Shown piece by piece: positions 55,985 to 62,847 of a stretch of 62,847 nt of DNA. Position numbers and translations under genes: made by a program. Under the pieces are notes generated by a model that was not told the DNA's origin, searched no databases, and saw nothing but the letters and a program-made list of their open reading frames with translations. The stretch is from contig JBDRPX010000022.1 in the NCBI GenBank assembly GCA_043826565.1, forward strand, positions 1 to 62,847, in the 5' to 3' direction. Every line of letters starts with the position of its first letter. Position 1 is the first letter of the stretch. The stretch comes from Candidatus Omnitrophota bacterium. GTDB lineage: Bacteria; Omnitrophota; Gorgyraeia; B26-G9.

Positions 55985-57481
55985 ATGCAGTTTAAGAAAA
56001 AAATAAAGAAGGTTATGTTGATCTTTCCCACGGGAAAAGTTATGAAGTGGCGTTTTCACCATTGCGAAATCCCCATGGGGCTGGCATATTTAGCCGCGGT
56101 TTTGCGCGAGGACTTTGAGGTTAAGGTGCTTGATGGCCGGGCTAAGTTTCAAAGGATCGTACCGAAAAACAGTAAATGGGAATATTTTGGATATACTCCG
56201 AAGGAGATTGTTGAGCAGATTAAAGATTATGCTCCGGATGTGGTGGGGATTAGCTGCCTTTCTTCGTTCCACTTTCCCGATGTTGTTGATTTGTTTGAGC
56301 GGATCAAGAAAATCGATAATGAGATTGTTACCGTAACCGGTGGAACTCATCCGACGTTTTTAGCTGATGAAGTTATGCAAAAGCATCCCGGTATTGATTT
56401 TATTGTTATGGGGGAAGGGGAGGAAACTTTTCATCAACTTCTTCTGAATATAAATTCTGAAAAAGAATATGATCAGCTTGATGGCCTGGCTTTTCGTAAT
56501 AATGGTACTTATCAAATTAATCCTAAAACAAAATATATTAAAAACCTGGATGACTTGCCGTATCCGGCATTTGATCTTTTCCCTTTAGATTTTTATGAAA
56601 AGAAAAGCATTCCGTTTAGTGTGACTTTTCGCAGTAAAAAGACAATTCCGATTATAACCAGCCGCGGTTGTGCGGCCCAGTGTGTATTCTGTGCTTCAAA
56701 AAATTTCTGGGGTAAGCGTTACCGCATGCGTTCCGCGGAAAATGTATTAAATGAAATAGAATATGTTGTTAAAAAATACGGGGTCGAGGAGATCCAGTTT
56801 ATCGACGATAATCTCACCTTAGATAAAAATAGATCCTGTAAGATTTTTCAAGGCCTGATTGACCGGAATATAAATATCCACTGGAATACGCCTAATGGCA
56901 TCGCGGTCTGGACGCTGGATGAACCGATGCTGGAGCTGATGAAAAAAAGCGGATGTTATGAATTAACCGTTGCTTTTGAAAGCGGGGATCAGGAAGTCCT
57001 TAACCGGATAATTAAGAAACCGCTGGATTTAAAGTACGCGGCAAAGATGGTCCATAAGATGAAGGAGCTCGGAATACAGGTTCATTCATTTTTTATTTCC
57101 GGATTTCCCGGGGAAACTAAGGAGCAGATACTCCGGACTTTTTCTTTTGCCGAAAAAATGGATTTAGACAGTGCCTGGTTTTTTATCGCTAACCCGACCC
57201 CGGGATCGGAATTATACGAGATCTGCAAGAACGAAGGATATATAAAGGATGGTTTTTCGTTTGACGATATCGAATATAATATGTCCCATATAGAGACTAA
57301 TGAGTTTACTTCCGGGGAAATGGAGAAACTTGTGGTGGCACAGTTCAATAGGTATAATTTAGGTCAGATGGCAAAACATCCTATACGTTTTTTTAAAAAA
57401 TATCTTGGGGTGATTATTGCTCATCCGATCATGTCTTTGCGGACTGTTTTGGCTGACATCCTGAAAGTTACGGGTAAATGA
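55985..57481 (+). CDS. B12-binding-domain radical SAM protein (paralog 6)
   Basis: KKVMLIFP, TGGTHPTFLAD, SRGCAAQCVFCAS, DDNLTLDK, WNTPNGIA. Confidence 0.85.
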   Translation: MQFKKKIKKVMLIFPTGKVMKWRFHHCEIPMGLAYLAAVLREDFEVKVLDGRAKFQRIVPKNSKWEYFGYTPKEIVEQIKDYAPDVVGISCLSSFHFPDVVDLFERIKKIDNEIVTVTGGTHPTFLADEVMQKHPGIDFIVMGEGEETFHQLLLNINSEKEYDQLDGLAFRNNGTYQINPKTKYIKNLDDLPYPAFDLFPLDFYEKKSIPFSVTFRSKKTIPIITSRGCAAQCVFCASKNFWGKRYRMRSAENVLNEIEYVVKKYGVEEIQFIDDNLTLDKNRSCKIFQGLIDRNINIHWNTPNGIAVWTLDEPMLELMKKSGCYELTVAFESGDQEVLNRIIKKPLDLKYAAKMVHKMKELGIQVHSFFISGFPGETKEQILRTFSFAEKMDLDSAWFFIANPTPGSELYEICKNEGYIKDGFSFDDIEYNMSHIETNEFTSGEMEKLVVAQFNRYNLGQMAKHPIRFFKKYLGVIIAHPIMSLRTVLADILKVTGK

Positions 57482-59007
57482 ATAAATTTAAAAAAAATAT
57501 CAAGAAAGTTTTACTGATATTTCCGCCGGTCGTGTGTTCGAATGAAAGTCCTAAGCAGATCATGCCGCCGTTGGGAATAAGTTATCTGGGGGCATATTTA
57601 GAGCCTTATTATGAAGTAAAACTTCTGGATGCGGCATTAGAAGGGTATAATTATGAACGCCGGGTATGCCCGGGATTTTTTCAGTATGGCCTAAGTGATG
57701 AAAAGATCAAAAAAATAATATCCGAATTTTTACCGGATGTTGTGGGAGTGTCCTGCTTATATTCAAGCCAGTTTCCCGCGGTGGCCAATATCTGCAGTAT
57801 TGCCAAAGCGGTGTCTAGTGAGATAATTACTTTTATCGGCGGTACGCATCCTACTTTTTTGCCCAGAGAGTGTCTGGAGTATAAGACAATAGATTTTATT
57901 ACCTTAGGTGAAGGTGAATTGCCGGCGAAAGCTTTACTGGACGCTCTTAATCACGGAACCTCTTATGAAAAATTAGACGGCCTGGCGTACCGGTCGGACA
58001 ATAGTATTTATGTTAATCCGCAGAAAAGAATTATTGAAGATATCGATACTTTACCTTTTCCGGCAAGGCATTTACTGCCTCTGGAAAAATATTTTCGTAT
58101 CGGCTTGCCTATGGGGCTGGTAAGCCGGCAAACACCGGCAATCAATATCGTGACTTCCCGGGGATGCCCGTTTAACTGTTCATTTTGTTCCTCATGCCAT
58201 TTTTGGAGTAGGCGATACCGCACCCGTTCAGTGAAAAACGTTTTAGCGGAAATGGAAGAACTTAAGAAGATGGGGGTGCGGGAACTAAAGTTTTTTGATG
58301 ATAATCTAACTTTAGATAAACAGCGGGCCAAGGATTTGTTTAAAAGTATGATTGCCAGGAAATTCAATTTTACCTGGAATACTCCCAATGGAATAGCGGC
58401 CCAGACCTTGGATGAAGAATTACTTATTTTAATGAAAGACAGCGGCTGTTATGAAGTAACCTTGGCAATTGAGAGCGGGGATGAGCGGGTATTAAAAGAT
58501 GTGCTGAAAAAACCGATTGATCTAACCCATACTTTAGCTATGGCTAAACTTATTAAAAAACACCGGATGGACACATATGGTTTTTTTATTATCGGGTTCC
58601 CTCAGGAAACAAAAAAACAAATATATAATACTTTGGCTTTTATCAATAAAATCAAGCTGGATAGGATTTCCCTGTTTATTGCCAATCCTTTGCCCGGTAC
58701 GGAAATTTACGATATTTGTAAGAAAGAGGGATACTTGCCGGAAACAGTAACCGGCAAGTCTTTGGATTACTTTAGTTCGGTTTTTGCAACGCCGGAGTTT
58801 GATTCCGCGTTCTTAGAAAAAATCCGGCGCCGGTGGTATTGGGAGTATAATCTGAAACTCTTATTAAGAAATCCGTTTAAGTTTTTCCAAAAGTATAGTA
58901 TATTTATAATCAAGCGTCCGCTGTTTATGCTGCGGATTTTAATTAACAAAATTATCATGCCGAGTATAAGCCATGCAAAATGCAGAACAGCAAAAAACAA
59001 AATTTAA
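57478..59007 (+). CDS. B12-binding-domain radical SAM protein (paralog 7, closest to paralog 6)
   Basis: KKVLLIFPP, IGGTHPTFLPR, SRGCPFNCSFCSS, DDNLTLDK, WNTPNGIA. ATGA overlap with paralog 6. Confidence 0.85.
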   Translation: MNKFKKNIKKVLLIFPPVVCSNESPKQIMPPLGISYLGAYLEPYYEVKLLDAALEGYNYERRVCPGFFQYGLSDEKIKKIISEFLPDVVGVSCLYSSQFPAVANICSIAKAVSSEIITFIGGTHPTFLPRECLEYKTIDFITLGEGELPAKALLDALNHGTSYEKLDGLAYRSDNSIYVNPQKRIIEDIDTLPFPARHLLPLEKYFRIGLPMGLVSRQTPAINIVTSRGCPFNCSFCSSCHFWSRRYRTRSVKNVLAEMEELKKMGVRELKFFDDNLTLDKQRAKDLFKSMIARKFNFTWNTPNGIAAQTLDEELLILMKDSGCYEVTLAIESGDERVLKDVLKKPIDLTHTLAMAKLIKKHRMDTYGFFIIGFPQETKKQIYNTLAFINKIKLDRISLFIANPLPGTEIYDICKKEGYLPETVTGKSLDYFSSVFATPEFDSAFLEKIRRRWYWEYNLKLLLRNPFKFFQKYSIFIIKRPLFMLRILINKIIMPSISHAKCRTAKNKI

Positions 59008-61048
59008 ACACACGGATCTAATCATTTCAATAGGCATTTTCTTTTTTGCGTATTTTCTGCGCATGGTTTATCTGCATCAGTATAAAAATAATCCTTTTTT
59101 TGACAGCCCGGTAATTGATGCTTTGACAAATTATTTGTTTGCCGTGCGGGCCAGCGCGGGAGATTGGTTTGTCAAAGGTGAAGTAGTCGGCCGGGGGCCG
59201 GTATATGTCTATTTTCTGGCTTTTCTATTTAAAATTTTCGGGACCGGTTTTAGTGCCGCGCGAGTGGCCCAGATGGTTCTAGGCTCAGTTAATTGTATTT
59301 TGGTATATTTTCTGGGGAAAAAGATTTTCCGCCGTTCGGTAGGCGTAATCAGTGCGCTTATCTGTAGTGCGTATGGAGTGTTGATTTATTTTGACGCGGA
59401 GTTCTTATATGTGGGGCTTTCAATATTTTTGAATTTGTTATTACTCCTATCTTTATTAAATACAATTGAAAAACCTAAGATTTGGAAATGGGTTGGCTGC
59501 GGCATGCTGCTCGGGGGGTGTCTTCAAACCAACGCGACCGTAATTTTGTTTATTCCGCTGCTTTTTGTGTGGATATTTCTATTTATTGATAAAAAGGAAA
59601 AGAAAGAAAAGGAAGCAGAGCCGGAAAGTAGGAAACTGCGTTTTAAAAAAGCTGTTTGTATATTCTTAATAGTTGTTTTGGGTATAGGCATTATTGTGCT
59701 GCCGTTTACCTTAAGGAATTACCTTATGGGCGGGGATTTGGTAATGATCGGTTCAGCTATCGGAATTAACCTGCATATCGGGAATAATCCGGAAGCTGAC
59801 GGTAAGAGCGTAGCTGTACCGACACGGGATTTTTCTTATGATTCGAAATGGTACGATAATGTGCTGACGTCTGCTTTAAAAGCCGCGGAAAGAGATGTCG
59901 GCAGGGAACTATTGCCTTCTGAAGTTTCTAATTATTGGATGATGAAATCCCTGGGGTTTATTATAACTCATCCCATAGCTACTTTGGGTCTTGCGGCACG
60001 AAAGATTTTTTACTTTTTTAATGCTTATGAGATCGCGGAAAATCAAAGTATTTATTTTTACCGGATCTGGTCGCCGTTACTGAAAATATTGGTTTTTCAC
60101 AATAAGGTATTGGCTTTTCCTTTTGGGATAATTTGTCCATTAGCTTTATTGGGGATCGCGGTTTCTTTAAAAAGGGATAAGGCAACTATGCTGCTGATTA
60201 TTTTTATCGGGGCATATCTTATTCTGATGGTGATATTCTTTGTTTGCAGCCGCTACCGGGCGAGTGTTATCCCATATTTTATAATTTTTGCCGTGTCTGC
60301 TCTTGAGTGGTATCGACAGCAAATTATCGAACGTAAATTTAAGCTCATACTATTTTCGTTTATCCCTCTGCTTTGGTTTTTTGTTTTTTGCAATGCGACA
60401 ATCTTTGAAGTTCGCCAAGAGGATAATTCCCGCTGGTTTTTGAATATGGGTACAGCTTATCGGAATAAAGGGCAGAATGAAAAGGCACTTAAATCTTTTA
60501 AAGCGGCCCAAAAAGTAAACCCGCATAATCCTGATGCGATGTATAATCTCGGTGTTTTGTATTTAGAAAAGGGAGAATATGAAAAGGCTATAGAGGAATT
60601 TAAAAATTCAATTAATATGGATAAGGATGATTCCGCGGCTTATTCTAATATGGGCTTGGCCTTGTTTAAACAAAATAAGCTGGAGGAGGCTGTTTCCAGT
60701 TTTGAATCAGCCCTGAGAATTGACCCTGCTGATGTGGGAGCAGCGGCAAACCTGGGAGCTGCTTTTATTGCCAAAGGCGACTTTCCGGCAGCGCTGCGGG
60801 TACTTAAAAACGGGCTGGCGAAAGATTCGAAGTTTCCGCCGCTTTACCTGCATTTGGGTATATTGTTTGAAAATACCGGTAAGTTTGCGGATGCCGAGAA
60901 GGCCTATTTAACCGCGATAAAATTTAACCAAAAATATTTTCAGGCTCATTACAATCTATATGAACTTTATGATAAAATGGGCTTAGCGGAACAGGCTCTG
61001 CAGGCAAGGATCAGAGCGATGGAAATATTTCCGGATATGTATAAATAA
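58973..61048 (+). CDS. GT-C fold glycosyltransferase (ArnT/PMT_2-like) fused to C-terminal TPR repeats
   Basis: About 470 aa with roughly 11 TM helices, then about 200 aa of canonical TPRs (AMYNLGVLYLEKGEYEKAIEEFKNSI..., AYSNMGLALFKQNKLEEAVSSFESAL...). 35-nt overlap with paralog 7. Confidence 0.8.
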   Translation: MQNAEQQKTKFKHTDLIISIGIFFFAYFLRMVYLHQYKNNPFFDSPVIDALTNYLFAVRASAGDWFVKGEVVGRGPVYVYFLAFLFKIFGTGFSAARVAQMVLGSVNCILVYFLGKKIFRRSVGVISALICSAYGVLIYFDAEFLYVGLSIFLNLLLLLSLLNTIEKPKIWKWVGCGMLLGGCLQTNATVILFIPLLFVWIFLFIDKKEKKEKEAEPESRKLRFKKAVCIFLIVVLGIGIIVLPFTLRNYLMGGDLVMIGSAIGINLHIGNNPEADGKSVAVPTRDFSYDSKWYDNVLTSALKAAERDVGRELLPSEVSNYWMMKSLGFIITHPIATLGLAARKIFYFFNAYEIAENQSIYFYRIWSPLLKILVFHNKVLAFPFGIICPLALLGIAVSLKRDKATMLLIIFIGAYLILMVIFFVCSRYRASVIPYFIIFAVSALEWYRQQIIERKFKLILFSFIPLLWFFVFCNATIFEVRQEDNSRWFLNMGTAYRNKGQNEKALKSFKAAQKVNPHNPDAMYNLGVLYLEKGEYEKAIEEFKNSINMDKDDSAAYSNMGLALFKQNKLEEAVSSFESALRIDPADVGAAANLGAAFIAKGDFPAALRVLKNGLAKDSKFPPLYLHLGILFENTGKFADAEKAYLTAIKFNQKYFQAHYNLYELYDKMGLAEQALQARIRAMEIFPDMYK

Positions 61049-61050
61049 AA

Positions 61051-62565
61051 TTATAATTTTTTAATCAAAGACCTTGAGAGTATCCATCCGGAAAGCATTG
61101 CCGTAGTTACTCCTGTTCCGGGAATAGTCCAATGCCCGGATAAATAAAGATTTTTAATCGGAGTGGTTTGCCTTAATCGGTATATTAACGACTGATCAGG
61201 AGTATTAGCCCAGCCGTACATCGCTCCTTGGTGGCTTGATGAAAAATTATTCAGGTCCTGCGGTGTGAATACTTTCTTAACCACAATATGATCAGATAGG
61301 TTTTTGACTTTTTGTTCTGCCATTTTAATCATTTCTTCGGCAATTTCCTCTTTTGCTTTACGCCAATCACGTTCTGTATTCCAGGGGAGAAAAGCGGTTA
61401 AGATCAAAGTACTGTGTCCCTTTGGCGCTAAACCTGGTTCAATATGGGTTGGGGTATAGGCACTTAAGCAGGAAATATAACCTTTTTCGAGTTTTTCAAA
61501 GCACTTGGTGAAATCAAGTGAATCGTAAAAAAAGTATTCGTGTTTATCAAGGCCGTTTTTTGCAATATCAAAATCAAGGCCGAGAAATAATTTAAAAGGT
61601 CCCACCGCCGGAGTCAGCTTTGACAGTTTTTTTATATATTTTTTAGGTGCGGCTTCAGGATCAATCAGTTTTGTAAAAGTCTGGGTAACGTCCGCGTTGG
61701 AAATGATTGTTTTAGCAAATAGCTTTTGCCCGTTTTCTAAAATTACTCCTTGGGCAGTATTGTCTTGAACGATTATTTTTTTAACACCCGATCTAAGTAA
61801 AACTTTGCCCTGGTTTTCCTCAATGGCTTGAACAAAGACATCAGCAATTTTTTGTGAATTGCCTTGCGGATAATACGTGTGTTCGCCATACAGGCCGCTC
61901 ATGCACGACATTAACATTAATCCGGAAATTCTATCCGGCGGTAATCCCAGGTATGGCCAGCACGCTGTAAACAACGTTATTAAGTATTTATTTTTAGTTA
62001 ATATGCTGAAAAATTTGTCCGCGGTTTTTAGAGAATTGAATAACCAGAACAAGCCGGTAAAAGGATAGGTTAGTTTTTTTAATAATCCTATTTTTTCATA
62101 ATCACTCTTTTCTACTGCTTGCTTGCCCTGAAAAATCCGCGCGGTAATCATGATGTCCTGACGCCAGGCTAGCATTATCTTGAAAAATTTACGGATATCT
62201 TTCTTGCTCTTCGGAGACTGCGCAATCATGATTTTTTCAAGGTCAGCATAATTGCCGGGGAGGGGAATTTCCTGATCAGGTAAGATTAAGGTAACAAAAG
62301 GGTCAATTTTGAAAAATTTAAGTTTATCTTTAATGCCATAAGCCTCAAGGATACGCGCACAATTGCCTCGTTCGTCAATTCCGGCTAATTGGTGCACGGC
62401 TAAATCAAAAGTATAGTCGCCAAGCTGAAAGGCAGAGCAATTGCCTCCGGGAACCGGGTTGCGTTCACAAACAACAACTTTTTGTCCTGTCCGGGCTAAG
62501 CCTAAAGCAGCGGATAAACCGCCCATACCGCTGCCGATAACTATTACATCTACGTGATCCTGCAT
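61051..62565 (-). CDS. phytoene desaturase-family (CrtI/CrtD-like) FAD-dependent oxidoreductase
   Basis: DVIVIGSGMGGLSAA dinucleotide motif. About 500 aa. C-terminal LYLSGHWTIPGTGVTTAMLSG, typical of the family. Confidence 0.75.
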   Translation of the reverse strand: MQDHVDVIVIGSGMGGLSAALGLARTGQKVVVCERNPVPGGNCSAFQLGDYTFDLAVHQLAGIDERGNCARILEAYGIKDKLKFFKIDPFVTLILPDQEIPLPGNYADLEKIMIAQSPKSKKDIRKFFKIMLAWRQDIMITARIFQGKQAVEKSDYEKIGLLKKLTYPFTGLFWLFNSLKTADKFFSILTKNKYLITLFTACWPYLGLPPDRISGLMLMSCMSGLYGEHTYYPQGNSQKIADVFVQAIEENQGKVLLRSGVKKIIVQDNTAQGVILENGQKLFAKTIISNADVTQTFTKLIDPEAAPKKYIKKLSKLTPAVGPFKLFLGLDFDIAKNGLDKHEYFFYDSLDFTKCFEKLEKGYISCLSAYTPTHIEPGLAPKGHSTLILTAFLPWNTERDWRKAKEEIAEEMIKMAEQKVKNLSDHIVVKKVFTPQDLNNFSSSHQGAMYGWANTPDQSLIYRLRQTTPIKNLYLSGHWTIPGTGVTTAMLSGWILSRSLIKKL

Positions 62566-62644
62566 ATGAATAAATGGGGCCTTGAATGTTAGATTTATTA
62601 TTCTTTATCATTGAACACCTTCATTTTATGGAAGGAATTTATTT

Positions 62645-62673
62645 ATATTACAGTAAGTTTCCGGCGTTGTCAA
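62645..62673 (-). promoter_or_regulatory. strong sigma70-type promoter TTGACA-17-TAATAT (minus strand)
   Basis: The plus-strand sequence TGTCAA at 62668-62673 and ATATTA at 62645-62650 correspond to the -35 and -10 on the minus strand, with a 17-nt spacer. About 75 nt upstream of the CrtI-like ATG. Confidence 0.6.
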
Positions 62674-62806
62674 GGTACAAGGCCTGCTCCGGGCGCGGAA
62701 ATTAAACTGTAGATTGTAATTACAAGTGCGACAAGAAAAAGCTCCACAGATCGTAAGAAACCTGTTATTTTGTAAGTGACAAACAAAACAAAAAACAGGA
62801 GATCAT

Positions 62807-62847
62807 ATGGAGCAAGAAAATTGTAGCATTAAAAGGCAAAAATATAA
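62807..62847 (+). CDS. 5' end of an unidentified gene (truncated by the window edge)
   Basis: AGGAG RBS 6 nt before ATG 62807. Open to the window end (MEQENCSIKRQKY...). Confidence 0.3.
   Translation, partial: MEQENCSIKRQKY

Noticed and set aside
1-62847. The whole region as a horizontally acquired island or prophage
   Set aside because: No integrase, transposase, tRNA target or phage genes are present. Housekeeping genes (pyk, rpoN, the tRNA-binding protein) are interspersed. The composition looks uniform by eye.

Overview
AT-rich bacterial chromosomal window, almost fully coding, with about 50 genes, nearly all on the + strand. I saw no rRNA, tRNA, CRISPR array, transposase or integrase. 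All calls come from reading the supplied ORF translations and the DNA by eye; no searches or computations were run. Family names are motif-level recognitions and repeat identities are approximate.

Layout:
- (1) 0.1-27.6 kb: a cell-envelope polysaccharide locus. It is headed by T2SS-like parts (a pseudopilin and a secretin). These are followed by a Wzz-like co-polymerase, a BY-kinase, a Wzy/O-antigen-ligase-like protein, GT4/GT2 glycosyltransferases, two UDP-GlcNAc 2-epimerases, a heparinase II/III-like protein, a bi-domain oxidoreductase, an AsnB-type amidotransferase, a flippase and a WecA-like initiating transferase.
- (2) 27.9-33.7 kb: an exosortase + EpsI operon followed by two PEP-CTERM cargo genes.
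- (3) 34-46.8 kb: a giant GspK-like pseudopilin, a GxxExxY cassette, a PilZ / transglutaminase-like / ABC transporter / PilZ module interrupted by an Avd-like four-helix-bundle gene, then pyruvate kinase, a beta-propeller protein and rpoN.
- (4) 47-62.6 kb: an island with six B12-binding radical SAM paralogs (a seventh lies at 1.5 kb). They are interleaved with a GT2 + NodB-deacetylase + GT-C/TPR glycosyl-carrier module and two FAD desaturase-like flavoproteins.

Most interesting hunts:
- The radical SAM / lipid-carrier sugar island, as a candidate undescribed glycoconjugate or lipid tailoring pathway.
- A roughly 180-nt run of six hairpins at 33.83-34.01 kb. Its minus-strand loops carry CsrA-type CAGGAYG motifs, so it is a candidate sponge sRNA.
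- An internal PEP-CTERM signal fused in frame to a downstream signal-peptide protein across an A8 tract.
- Small selfish-looking cassettes (Avd-like, GxxExxY) bracketed by inverted word repeats.
- A pervasive 7-nt phased degenerate tandem repeat architecture in almost every intergenic spacer.
- A roughly 125-bp element repeated at the heads of two operons, bracketing the 27.7 kb polysaccharide block.
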